64,000 nucleotides of DNA from contig JAHJYC010000002.1 of assembly GCA_018826905.1 (NCBI GenBank), positions 14,786-78,785 on the forward strand, written 5' to 3'. Source of the stretch: Patescibacteria group bacterium (GTDB lineage Bacteria > Patescibacteriota > Minisyncoccia > Phycocordibacterales > Phycocordibacteraceae). This document shows positions 9,158 to 18,914 of this stretch, in pieces. A program made the translations under genes and the position numbers. Under the pieces are notes generated by a model that saw only the letters and a list, made by a program, of their open reading frames with translations, was not told where the DNA came from and did not search any database. Each line of letters starts with the position of its first letter. Position 1 is the first letter of the stretch.

Positions 9158-9796
9158 TTATTGTGTTGAGAAGGCACGAATGGTTGTTTCCACCCACGCT
9201 TCGTTATCATTTGCCGGACTCTTGCTACCGAAGTCCTTCATAACAACGAGGTCTCCGGGACTGAATCGCGTGCTTATGACTTCTCCGCGGAGTGTCGTGA
9301 CGTGTGTCTCAACGTCCCTGTAGACCGTGGAGTCGTAGGTGCTAATGATCTCACCACCACCTTCCTCCCAAAATTTGAATTCATCCCCGATGGGAACAAA
9401 GCCAAGTTCTTCTTGAAGCCCGCGAAGCGCACATTCCTCGGGGGTCTCCCCGCGTTTGCGTGTCTCGCGAATCGTGAACTCTTGCAACTTCTTGATACGC
9501 TTGCCGCTTGGGTATGCACGTTCAACTTCAAGCCAGGTCGTGAAGATCTCCGGATTTGATACCAGGATAGTCACGTTCTGAGAGATGCGATGGATGCGAC
9601 AGGTATCTGGATCGCGCTGCACAATGACGTCCCGTTGCTGGGTTTCTTCGTACAGGTCTCGGAGTGTCTTTGCGCTGTTGCGCACGAACGCTTCAAGATT
9701 TATTAGCTTTCCAGTTTTAGTCTTTCCCGCGCTCATCAGACGCAAAAAGTCCTCGTAGGAGGACGTGTGGTCAATCGTTGGAATAAGATATCCCAT
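9158..9796 (-). CDS. Divergent Nudix-like protein (cassette B)
   Basis: GETPEECALRGLQEELG Nudix-box variant; AGGAGG SD; TTGCAA-17-TACCAT promoter (9834-9862); hairpin at ~9135-9159. Confidence 0.65.
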   Translation of the reverse strand: MGYLIPTIDHTSSYEDFLRLMSAGKTKTGKLINLEAFVRNSAKTLRDLYEETQQRDVIVQRDPDTCRIHRISQNVTILVSNPEIFTTWLEVERAYPSGKRIKKLQEFTIRETRKRGETPEECALRGLQEELGFVPIGDEFKFWEEGGGEIISTYDSTVYRDVETHVTTLRGEVISTRFSPGDLVVMKDFGSKSPANDNEAWVETTIRAFSTQ

Positions 9797-9875
9797 GGCC
9801 GTCCTCCTTTCTTTCTAATGGCGGTCCGGGGATATGGTACTCCTAACCCTTTCTTTTTGCAATTTATGTTGTCTT

Positions 9876-11501
9876 CTATGTGTTCTCTGCAAGAGGGAGC
9901 TCAACGATGAACTCACTTCCTTTTCCTAGGCCTTTGCTCTCAGCTTGGATTGTTCCTTCGTGTACTTCTGTGAAGCTTTTAACGAGTGCAAGTCCTATAC
10001 CTAAGCCCTTCTTTGTTCTCTCAGTGTCTCCAATCTGGTGAAAGGGAGTAAAGATATTCTCAAGACCTTCGGGAGAGATACCAATACCATTATCTTTAAT
10101 AGTTATTCGGGCAGTACCCTTCTTTTTCAGAAGGGTAATAGTAATAGCGTCTCCAGAGTCTGAGTACTTAGACGCATTAGTTATAAGATTTGAGAATATC
10201 TGTTCCAAACGAACAGCATCTCCATTAACAAACAGAGATTGAGAGAATCCCTTAAGGACAAGTGTCTGGTGCCGCTCTTTAATGTAATGGTCAGTGGCTT
10301 CCATTGCGCGCTTCAGGGTATCTGTAAGGGAGACTCGCTCTTTTGCGATGCTTATCTTTCCCTCTGAAATGCGAGAGACATCTAAGAGGTCATCTAGTAG
10401 ACGTCGTACTGTTCCCATACGACTGTGCATCACCTCAAGAAGTTCTTCATCTTCTTTGTCTGCAGTGCCTTTAAGTTTGAGAAGGTCAATGCCGCTCATG
10501 ATAGGAGCGAGCGGGTTGCGTAGTTCATGCGCGAGGATTGCGATGAAGTCATTCTTTGCTTTTGATTCTGTACTAATGCGCGCAATGGCGTTTTCAAGAG
10601 TAGCTAACTGCGAACGCATGAGGTTAGTGTTTAGTCTGCGGTCTTCCTCAAGAGACACAATTACATAGAAGATAATGGAGATTGTTATGAGGAAGGTCTC
10701 TGTCTCAAAAAGTACCTGAGGGAGTTCAGTGTCTGCTGTATAGAGGAGCGTGCTTAGGATAGCAAAAGCTGAGGTTATTAAAACAGCGAGTGTTACAAAA
10801 CGCGGACGGAGGCGGAGAGCAATCCAGAAGAAGGGAATGAAGATGAAATATAACAGTGGGATACCAAGAATAGTCTCCGTACCTCCAATAAATAGGAAAT
10901 AGTTAATAACTATAAGAATCGCAAACACAGCGAGTGTCTCAATGAGCTCAATAAGATGTCTTCCAAAAGCAGGTTTCGCACACCAGCGCAGTACAAAGGG
11001 GGTTGTTGCAAGCAGTACAAACAAAAGTGCTACATACCCACGCCCCCATTCAGCAGCTGAGACCGGTACGCCGTTCAGTACATACCAAGCAAGCAAAGCC
11101 GTTGGGGCTATAAAAGAAACCAACGCAAGCGTGGTTATGGTTCCAAAAGTATCCCTGTACCTTCTGAACAAAGGATCTATGTGCATCTTGCGGAGCAAGA
11201 AGGCTCCTGCAATTGCTTGAAACGTTTGAATAACAGCAATGCTTGTTGCCATGAGTAGTGAGAGATCTGCGTAGAGGCAGGCAAGCAGGGTACCTATGAA
11301 GATGAACGGCCAAAGACGTATACCACTAATAAAAAGACCTCCAAGTGCAATGCCCGCAGCAGGGAACAGAAACGCACTTGCGGGTAAGAATGCGAAAGCC
11401 GTAACGGCAACTGCTGTATAGGTGAGAAAGAGAAAGATTCCCTGAATAGACGTGCGAGGAGTGTAGAGGTAAGTGCTGAGATGGTTCACGAGGAAGCGCA
11501 T
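9876..11501 (-). CDS. MASE1-type membrane sensor histidine kinase
   Basis: Multi-TM N-terminus; HELRNPL H-box; N, G1, F and G2 boxes. Confidence 0.9.
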   Translation of the reverse strand: MRFLVNHLSTYLYTPRTSIQGIFLFLTYTAVAVTAFAFLPASAFLFPAAGIALGGLFISGIRLWPFIFIGTLLACLYADLSLLMATSIAVIQTFQAIAGAFLLRKMHIDPLFRRYRDTFGTITTLALVSFIAPTALLAWYVLNGVPVSAAEWGRGYVALLFVLLATTPFVLRWCAKPAFGRHLIELIETLAVFAILIVINYFLFIGGTETILGIPLLYFIFIPFFWIALRLRPRFVTLAVLITSAFAILSTLLYTADTELPQVLFETETFLITISIIFYVIVSLEEDRRLNTNLMRSQLATLENAIARISTESKAKNDFIAILAHELRNPLAPIMSGIDLLKLKGTADKEDEELLEVMHSRMGTVRRLLDDLLDVSRISEGKISIAKERVSLTDTLKRAMEATDHYIKERHQTLVLKGFSQSLFVNGDAVRLEQIFSNLITNASKYSDSGDAITITLLKKKGTARITIKDNGIGISPEGLENIFTPFHQIGDTERTKKGLGIGLALVKSFTEVHEGTIQAESKGLGKGSEFIVELPLAENT

Positions 11502-11566
11502 GATGGGGAAAGTATAGCAAAATAAAATACCCCACTACGAGAGCGGGGTATGAGAGCAAGGAGCGG

Positions 11567-11989
11567 CTAGACTTGAATGAAGATGGCCATGCCGGGGCGA
11601 GAAAACATTTCTTCGTCCAGGTAAATGCCCCAGTCATCACAAAGGATTGCTCCTGGTGCCTGGGCGACTGGATTGGTTTGGCTAAGGCTTTCGCCGAGCA
11701 TCATTTTGGCGATAGCCAGATGGAGGTGGATCTGACGATGCGAATCATCAATTCCGACGTTGCTTCCGAAGGGAAGGCCACTCGCGTCGTGCAGTGCCTT
11801 GTGTGCTCCGTTCGCAGCCTCCAACAGGCTGTACAACTGCCGCTCATAGTCGGATAATTCTCCGACCTTACGACCTCCTTCAGGAGGCTTTGACTTTGGC
11901 GGCGTGTATTGATCAGGCGTGATCGTCTTCAGTTGCTCCGCGAGCGAGATGAGCGCATCTTCGCCAAACTTGGTAACTTCTTGGGTCAA
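11567..11989 (-). CDS. Orphan hypothetical protein (cassette C)
   Basis: TTG start with GGAGG SD; TTGCCA -35 box upstream; hairpin at ~11527-11551. Confidence 0.6.
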   Translation of the reverse strand: MTQEVTKFGEDALISLAEQLKTITPDQYTPPKSKPPEGGRKVGELSDYERQLYSLLEAANGAHKALHDASGLPFGSNVGIDDSHRQIHLHLAIAKMMLGESLSQTNPVAQAPGAILCDDWGIYLDEEMFSRPGMAIFIQV

Positions 11990-12079
11990 ATCATTTCCTC
12001 CAGCCCAACAGTTGCGGTGTGGGTCCAGTGAATTTATAACACAAATAATGCTGTTGGCAATGAATCTGCACGTTGGTGC

Positions 12080-12667
12080 TTACTTGTGCCCCCGTGCACG
12101 ACGCCTGGTAAAGACAATGTGTTCAAAGAGAAATGCCGCACAAACTGCACAGACAAGGAATATGGCGTAGATACTAACTGCCTCAGTGTAAGACATTGAA
12201 ATAGGAGGAAGAATAGCGAGTGAGATCGCTGAGGCCCAAGAGGTGATGGAAATAGCTCCAAGGGTGAACCCAAGTCGTCTGAGGCCTCGGGCACGTTTGT
12301 TGGTGAGTATCTTCTTGTCTCCAAGGCGCGGGAACACATAGCGATGCAGGAGCCAACCATTTCCAGTAAGTACTAGAACAACGGTCATCTTGGTGAGGAA
12401 TTTTGAAGATGCCAAATAACCCTCTGGATTGGAAAGGAATATAAGTGCCCCTGTTGTGATTATGACGAGGAGGGTGAAGGTAACGACGCGCGAGAGGAAA
12501 CGCAAGGTTGTAATTTCAAATCGTGAAAGAATACGATTGAAGCCAAAGCGGAGGGCAAGGATATCAGCTGAAATAGCAGCACCCATACCAGTGACCACCG
12601 CAAGCACGTGGGCAATAACAAATACGAACTTATATTCTGCAATGAAAACGACAGGTTCTAGCAGCAT
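12080..12667 (-). CDS. Multi-TM hypothetical membrane protein
   Basis: About five hydrophobic segments. Confidence 0.75.
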   Translation of the reverse strand: MLLEPVVFIAEYKFVFVIAHVLAVVTGMGAAISADILALRFGFNRILSRFEITTLRFLSRVVTFTLLVIITTGALIFLSNPEGYLASSKFLTKMTVVLVLTGNGWLLHRYVFPRLGDKKILTNKRARGLRRLGFTLGAISITSWASAISLAILPPISMSYTEAVSIYAIFLVCAVCAAFLFEHIVFTRRRARGHK

Positions 12668-12735
12668 GACTTTACAATAGTATGTACTAAAGAGCGCATA
12701 ATTTCTACACGGTTACGTGAGTAGTATACAAGCGG

Positions 12736-13218
12736 TCACGGTGTTGGATTCTCTTTTACCTTAGCAAGAACGAGCCGTGGCTCTCCGTCACCCCAATAGT
12801 TTTCTTTACGTTCTTCCACTGTAAACCCGAGGCCTTCATATAGTTTAAGAGCCGGATTGTCTGGGTGCGTTACGAGATCTATGCGCTCTGCATCAGGGTA
12901 CTTTGCAAGCACTCCCTTAATTGCATTTGTAGCAATACCTCTTCCTTGGTATTCAGTCCGAACAATAATACCGCTTATATAAATATGATCAGGAGACTTC
13001 TCTTCGTACGCAATACTTCCAACCGGTGTGTCTCCGAGTTTGAGTATCTCTACTATATTTTCAGCAAGTTCTTTTTTCCACGCATGTTCAGTAACCATCG
13101 GGGAGTAGATCCTTGTCTTCTGCACACTTTTCTCAATATCAATAAGAACTGCAATATCAGCCTCTGATGCTTTACGTGTAGAGAGAGTAGGCTGTTCGTG
13201 CTTTTCCATACTATTCAT
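12736..13218 (-). CDS. GNAT (RimI-like) acetyltransferase
   Basis: YQGRGIAT and NPALKLYEGLGF motifs. Confidence 0.88.
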   Translation of the reverse strand: MNSMEKHEQPTLSTRKASEADIAVLIDIEKSVQKTRIYSPMVTEHAWKKELAENIVEILKLGDTPVGSIAYEEKSPDHIYISGIIVRTEYQGRGIATNAIKGVLAKYPDAERIDLVTHPDNPALKLYEGLGFTVEERKENYWGDGEPRLVLAKVKENPTP

Positions 13219-13333
13219 ATACGGGTAAGAATAGCATCTGTCTCTGGGAGTTTAATCGGGCGGCTACACTCACGCTCGCTTCATGGGCGGCATGTCACTC
13301 TGTACGTATATCGTAGCTATAAATTCTTTTTAA

Positions 13334-13837
13334 ATGAAACTACCTGAAAAACTATCGCACTATAAAAGCAAAAGAATGCTGTTGCTTGTGTCTGGCAAGC
13401 AGGAGATGCTGATCTACACATTGAAGGATGCAGAAATAGAAGAGAGAAAGCATTTTAGAATAGAAAACCCCACGTATTCTGATAATGAGGGACACTTTAA
13501 AGTCCGCACTGGAGGGAAGGTAATGCGCTCCGGAAGTGTGCGTGAGACTGATGATCGCGAGATTATCGTAAAGTTTAAGAATGAGATAGCAAGCAATCTT
13601 GATGAAATAAAACAAACCTTTGATGAGGTGTATATCTCAGCACCAGGAAAAACAAAGAATGAAATTCTAGAAGCGCTCCCAATAGATATAAAGGAGAAGG
13701 TAACAAAGACTATTGTAGGGAACTATTGCTCTCTTTCTCCAATTGAAATATTGGATCTGTTTTCAGAAGAGGAAGAAGATGAGATCCAAGAAGCTGAAGT
13801 ACGGAAGATTCTCAAGAAGAATAATCAGGTTACGTAG
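13334..13837 (+). CDS. Host-attachment / baeRF12-like protein
   Basis: YSDNEG...FDEVYISAP...ILEALP pattern; AT-rich. Confidence 0.6.
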   Translation: MKLPEKLSHYKSKRMLLLVSGKQEMLIYTLKDAEIEERKHFRIENPTYSDNEGHFKVRTGGKVMRSGSVRETDDREIIVKFKNEIASNLDEIKQTFDEVYISAPGKTKNEILEALPIDIKEKVTKTIVGNYCSLSPIEILDLFSEEEEDEIQEAEVRKILKKNNQVT

Positions 13838-13923
13838 GGTTTTGCCAATCTAAGATTCTAGATTGGCATCTTAAAACTATTTAGTAGATAAAGACGAAAC
13901 CGGCGTTTTCACGTCGGTCCGTT

Positions 13924-13944
13924 CTACTTTGCTCCGCGGGCAGG
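13924..13944. repeat. att-like copy of the tRNA-Asn 3' end (distal junction)
   Basis: gctccgcgggcagg (13931-13944) is identical to 18875-18888; ctactttgctccgcgg is shared with 16997-17012. Confidence 0.85.
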
Positions 13945-14125
13945 GCAGTTTTCGAACCTGGAATTGGGCAGAAATATATCCTGATCTTGACTACACCCTT
14001 AAAGAGATTGGCGCCCCGCTGAGTATTTGAGACCCGCATAACGCTTAAATGAAGTCCGAGGATGTTACAGGCTATGCAGAGTCTGACATCGCTGATTTCG
14101 TGTGCTCGGTGCTACACTTTTCCCT

Positions 14126-16861
14126 ATGATCAGTTTGAATGAGATACGGTCCCGAGCGCGAGCATTTACGATTGAATGGAAGGAGGAGGAGCGAGAAGAT
14201 GCCGAGGCAAAGTCATTCTGGGATGAGTTTTTTAATATATTTGGTGTATCTCGTCGTCGTGTCGCTTCTTTTGAATATTTTGTGCATAAGCAAGACGGCG
14301 CACAGGGCTTCGTTGACGTTCTATGGAAGGGTGTAATGCTCGCAGAGCATAAATCCAAGGGCATGAGCCTGGACAAGGCCTATACTCAGGCAAAAGACTA
14401 TTTTCCTGGCTTGAAAGATGCTGAACTACCTCGCTATGTTGTTGTATCTGACTTTGCACGCATACGGCTATATGACCTCGAAGAAGGTACGCAAGATGAA
14501 TTTCCGTTAGATGACCTGCATAAGCATGTTGAACAATTCGGTTTTATTTCTGGATATGAAGTGCAACGTTATGAAGAGGAAGAAGCCGCCAGTATCAAAG
14601 CTGCTCAACTCATGGCTGAATTCCACAACGAGATTGCCAAAACTGGATACCAAAGGCATGATCTCGAAGTATTTTTGGTGCGCATTCTATTCTGTCTTTT
14701 TGCTGATGACACAGAAATTTTTCCACGAAATCACTTCCGTACATACATTGAACAGCGAACGAATGAAGATGGTAGTGACTTGGGAAGCAGGTTGTTAGAG
14801 TTGTTCGATATCCTTAACAGACCTGAAGACCAGCGGCAGACAAACATTGATGAACAACTAGCCGCATTCCCGTACATCAACGGAGCGGTCTTTGGTGAAA
14901 GAATTGCATCTATATCTCTCGATAGAGCTGCACGAGAAACGTTACTAAAGTGTTGTGCGTTTGATTGGTCAGCAATTTCTGCTGCAATCTTTGGGTCTCT
15001 CTTCCAGGGTGTGATGGATGATGAGGAGCGTCGCCAATTGGGAGCGCACTACACTTCAGAAATTAACATTCGTAGAGTAATTGAGCCTCTATTTCTGGAC
15101 GAGCTATACAATGAATTCGATAGAGCTAAAAGGAGCCAGCAAAGACTAGAGACATTCCATAAAAAGCTAACCAACCTGAAGTTCCTTGATCCCGCCTGCG
15201 GCTGCGGAAACTTTTTGGTGACCACTTATCGTGAACTACGTAAATTAGAGCTGCAAATTCTAAAAAGACTTCGGAAACCTAAAGAAATGAGCCTGGCTAT
15301 GTTTGGTGCAGACGAGCTGTCTAAAATTCATGTAAATCAATTCTATGGTATTGAGATTGAGGAGTTTCCAGCACTAATTGCACGTACTGCAATGTACCTT
15401 GCCGATCATCAGGCAAATCAGGAGCTTTCCAAAGAGTTTGGGGTTATCTTTGCGCGCATCCCGTTGGAGGAGCCTGCGACCATAATTAATGATAATGCTC
15501 TTACTGTTGATTGGTCAGAAATAGTTAGTCCAAAGAACCTCAGTTACATAATCGGCAACCCTCCTTTCTATGGCGCAAGATTCATGAACAAAGCGCAAAA
15601 AGCAGACTTAACTGCAGTCTTTCCAAAGGGAATGAAGAAGGTTGGCGATCTAGATTTTGTTACAGGATGGTATGCAAAGGCCTCAGAATACATCCAAGGT
15701 ACCCAAATTGGAGTAGGTCTAGTGTCAACCAACTCAATTACCCAGGGTGAACAGGTTGCAACCCTTTGGGGCTATCTTACCGAGAAGTTTGACATACATA
15801 TCAATTTTGCTCACCGAACCTTCAAATGGACGAATGACGCTAAAGGGAAAGCGGCCGTACATTGTGTGGTGATTGGATTCAGTTGCGTAAATGCTGAGAA
15901 GAAATACCTTTATGAATATCCATCAATAAGCGGCGACCCTGTCGAAAAAGAAGTCGAGACAATAAATGCATATCTAGTAAATGCAGCACAAGTGCTGGTT
16001 ACTGGTAGAAGGAAGCCTCTTTGCGACGCGCCTTTGATGGCCATGGGCAACCAGCCTATTGATGAGGGTAACTATATTTTTACAACTAAAGAAAAAGATG
16101 AATTTCTTGCCAAGGAACCTGGAGCAGAAAAATTCTTTTATAAATGGCTGAGCTCCTACGAGTTTATTAATGGTTATGAAAAATGGTGTTTATACCTAGG
16201 TAAAGCCGATCCAAGCGAATTAAGACAGTTGCCATTTGTATTAGAAAGAATTGAAAATGTAAGGAACAGTAGGTTACAAAGCAAAAGAGAGGCGACACTG
16301 AAACTGGCTTCTACACCAACCAAATTTCAGACAGAAAACATTCCTACAGAATCGTATATGGTTATCCCTGAAGTGTCTTCGGAGAATAGGCGCTACATAC
16401 CAATGTCCATGTTGCCACCTAGTACTCTTGTGAATAACAAGTTGCGTATTATCAGGGATGCTTCCTTATTCCACTTCGGAGTGCTTACTTCAGAAATGCA
16501 TATGGCTTGGACGCGGGCGGTAACAGGAAGATTGAAGAGCGACTTTCAGTACTCAATATTTATTGTTTACAATAATTTTCCATGGCCTCCTCGCACAGAG
16601 TTAGGTCATCTCTATGAGCAGGCAAGGATGAGAATTGAGGCTGCTGCTCAAGAGGTGCTGGATGCGCGCAGCTTGTTCCCAAGTTCATCACTCGCCGACC
16701 TATACGATTCAAATACAATGCCACCTGAACTTACAAAGGCTCATGACAGGTTGAATCGAGCTGTTGATGCCGCTTATGGATTCAATTCTAGAAAAAGCGA
16801 ACCAGAGAGATTGGAATTCCTTTTTGATCTATATACGAAGTACCTTACTGACAGCTCTTAG
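14126..16861 (+). CDS. MmeI-family type IIL/IIG restriction-modification enzyme (fused REase, m6A MTase and TRD)
   Basis: VDVLWKGVMLAEHKS PD-(D/E)xK motif; GAHYT, FLDPACGCGNF and GNPPF; YNNFPWP and LADLYD C-terminus. Confidence 0.92.
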   Translation: MISLNEIRSRARAFTIEWKEEEREDAEAKSFWDEFFNIFGVSRRRVASFEYFVHKQDGAQGFVDVLWKGVMLAEHKSKGMSLDKAYTQAKDYFPGLKDAELPRYVVVSDFARIRLYDLEEGTQDEFPLDDLHKHVEQFGFISGYEVQRYEEEEAASIKAAQLMAEFHNEIAKTGYQRHDLEVFLVRILFCLFADDTEIFPRNHFRTYIEQRTNEDGSDLGSRLLELFDILNRPEDQRQTNIDEQLAAFPYINGAVFGERIASISLDRAARETLLKCCAFDWSAISAAIFGSLFQGVMDDEERRQLGAHYTSEINIRRVIEPLFLDELYNEFDRAKRSQQRLETFHKKLTNLKFLDPACGCGNFLVTTYRELRKLELQILKRLRKPKEMSLAMFGADELSKIHVNQFYGIEIEEFPALIARTAMYLADHQANQELSKEFGVIFARIPLEEPATIINDNALTVDWSEIVSPKNLSYIIGNPPFYGARFMNKAQKADLTAVFPKGMKKVGDLDFVTGWYAKASEYIQGTQIGVGLVSTNSITQGEQVATLWGYLTEKFDIHINFAHRTFKWTNDAKGKAAVHCVVIGFSCVNAEKKYLYEYPSISGDPVEKEVETINAYLVNAAQVLVTGRRKPLCDAPLMAMGNQPIDEGNYIFTTKEKDEFLAKEPGAEKFFYKWLSSYEFINGYEKWCLYLGKADPSELRQLPFVLERIENVRNSRLQSKREATLKLASTPTKFQTENIPTESYMVIPEVSSENRRYIPMSMLPPSTLVNNKLRIIRDASLFHFGVLTSEMHMAWTRAVTGRLKSDFQYSIFIVYNNFPWPPRTELGHLYEQARMRIEAAAQEVLDARSLFPSSSLADLYDSNTMPPELTKAHDRLNRAVDAAYGFNSRKSEPERLEFLFDLYTKYLTDSS

Positions 16862-16996
16862 GGACTGGCCGAGACCAACATAGCGTTACAAGAGAAGGTG
16901 TCTTTGATTCGTAAGATGTCCTCCGCTCAATGCAAGTTCGAACCATAGAAATCTTTGCAAACAAAGGGCAAGAGACGGCTTCCGCCGCCTCTTGCC

Positions 16997-17012
16997 CTAC
17001 TTTGCTCCGCGG
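16997..17012. repeat. Internal att-like junction
   Basis: 16-bp ctactttgctccgcgg is identical to 13924-13939; preceded by hairpin agggcaagag...ctcttgccct. Confidence 0.8.
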
Positions 17013-17085
17013 ATGGGACGTGTTTGGAACTCTAGATTGGAGAAAATCAATAGTGATCTTGGCTTTTATAAGCCATTCTTTGGTC

Positions 17086-17796
17086 CTATGGCTCAACCGT
17101 AAACTCTCCCTGAACAATTGGACACATCTTTTGTACTTCTTCTAGTTTTTTAATAAAGAGTGTCTTCCAGTCTTGGAATATCGGCTTAATGATTTCCTCC
17201 CATTCAAAAATAGATATTACAGGTAATTGTGATACGTGTGGCGAAAACCCGCTGAAGAAATTATCTCCGAGAGTTACTTTTGTAGGTCCTGGGAAAAGAT
17301 TTAGAATTGATCTAACTATAGTCTCCGGGTTGTCGTCTTTAAAAGAGTAAGTGTATGCGGTATGAGCAATTACCTTATTTCGGAAGGTTCGGACGGGTTT
17401 AAACCTCTTCTTGAGTGTTTTGCATGCATCATCCGTTAAGTTCACTTGTCCGGCTGATGCTTCTTTCAAAAGAGTAGACATTCGATCGTATTCAAAAATA
17501 AGAATATCCTCCATTAAACAGAGCTGATTCACATATCCCTGAGTCCTCGATCCTAGTCTAATTCCAAGTCTGTCTATATCGTCTATGTTCTCTTGAGAAT
17601 ATCCATGCTCATTTCTGCGGGATTTAACTGCCGTATGGGTCTTGTTGAAATCTTCAAGCGCCTCACCAAATAACCAATTTGTGGCATCAAAGAGTTTCTC
17701 TAAGGGATCCATAGAGATAATATTTGGAACATAGATGACGGTATTCTTTGAACCATCACGAACCTTGATCTTATATTGGTCGATTTCTCTGAACAT
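17086..17796 (-). CDS. Putative HEPN-domain protein
   Basis: RNKVIAH (Rx4-6H) motif in a helical-looking protein; island location. Confidence 0.6.
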   Translation of the reverse strand: MFREIDQYKIKVRDGSKNTVIYVPNIISMDPLEKLFDATNWLFGEALEDFNKTHTAVKSRRNEHGYSQENIDDIDRLGIRLGSRTQGYVNQLCLMEDILIFEYDRMSTLLKEASAGQVNLTDDACKTLKKRFKPVRTFRNKVIAHTAYTYSFKDDNPETIVRSILNLFPGPTKVTLGDNFFSGFSPHVSQLPVISIFEWEEIIKPIFQDWKTLFIKKLEEVQKMCPIVQGEFTVEP

Positions 17797-17799
17797 TAT

Positions 17800-18513
17800 T
17801 TATTTGATAGATTCCACAATGCGCAGAAGTTGATTAGCAATATGGATTATATCTGCCGCTTCTTTAGGGTCTTCAAATGTAACGTCGCGGTGGCTTGAAG
17901 GATTTTTGTACGTTCCGATTGCCCCTGAAAAAAGATCCATCCGAGCCTGCTGTTCACCGGGATGAGATAACCTATCAACGAGTGGGGCTGAGGGAGGGCC
18001 AAATGCCTTTTTCATTAGATCAACCCCAATCTCCTTATCCGAAAGACCTGACTTTGCTCGCACACGCACCTCAACCTCTTTAAATGCTTGGAAGACAGCA
18101 GTGTCGTAGTCGCCACTTATAAAGGATTGTTTTACCTTTCTTACAAGTATTGGGTCCAAGCCCTCGGACGGAAGAAGGTAGCCTTTCTTGTAGGTCTCAA
18201 AATCTTCGGACTCAAGTACTTTCTTACCTCGCGGAGTTATAAAAGCCCATTCGCCTCCTGCGCCTGGTTGCGGAGCTACGAAAAGCTCCTTCTCAAGCCA
18301 CATCCATGCCATCGCAAAACGTTCCATTATTCGGTCTCTGTTACCGCCTGACCAACTTATGAAATCGGAGTCCGTACCAAGCAGGAAGTTGTAGCGATTC
18401 AGTTGACCGCGCCCTGCCTGACTTAAATGTTTTAAGACTAGTGGCCCAAGATCTTCCGGTTCCATATCAATAACGACTTCCGGGAGTGGAAAAGTCTCTG
18501 AGTAGTGAGCCAT
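17800..18513 (-). CDS. TIGR02391 (Ymh-like, HEPN-related) family protein
   Basis: YDTAVFQAFKEVEVRVR, GVDLMKKAF and LFSGAIGTYKNPSSH motifs. Confidence 0.85.
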   Translation of the reverse strand: MAHYSETFPLPEVVIDMEPEDLGPLVLKHLSQAGRGQLNRYNFLLGTDSDFISWSGGNRDRIMERFAMAWMWLEKELFVAPQPGAGGEWAFITPRGKKVLESEDFETYKKGYLLPSEGLDPILVRKVKQSFISGDYDTAVFQAFKEVEVRVRAKSGLSDKEIGVDLMKKAFGPPSAPLVDRLSHPGEQQARMDLFSGAIGTYKNPSSHRDVTFEDPKEAADIIHIANQLLRIVESIK

Positions 18514-18617
18514 GATTGAATAGTACGTCGGTGTAAACTAAAGTAAAGTGATACGACGCAAAATGAGATAGTTGAATTCTCTACAGGTGAATTACTAAGG
18601 ATGTCTATGACAGAAAA

Positions 18618-18914
18618 TTGAAGGAAAAGCAGTACGACATAAACATTCAGATTGAGGACCATACCCAGGCAGACGAAACCTATTACGTGATCGCATCTGC
18701 AGTGTTTAATCTGGCAAAGAACGCTTTCAATCTATTTGAAAGTTCGGAAGTGCCAGAGAAACGAGCACCTCTGAATTACCTACTTCAGAACTACATTGTA
18801 AACAGAAAAACGCCAGCGTTTAGCTTGCGTTCTCCGTTCGACACTATCCTTTCTGTATCTACTCAACCTATTGAGCTCCGCGGGCAGGATTCGAACCTGC
18901 GACCAATCGATTAA
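18618..18914 (+). pseudogene. C-terminal remnant of a large serine recombinase running antisense into tRNA-Asn
   Basis: EKRAPLNYLLQN...LRSPFD...LRGQDSNLRP resembles tails of tRNA-targeting recombinases; no catalytic N-terminus; family call is from recall. Confidence 0.6.

Larger units (their letters stand above)
13931..18888. mobile_element. Composite defence island (tandem integrations) at tRNA-Asn
   Basis: Three copies of the tRNA 3'-end core; AT-richer cargo (R-M, HEPN-like); recombinase remnant abutting the tRNA. Confidence 0.8.
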
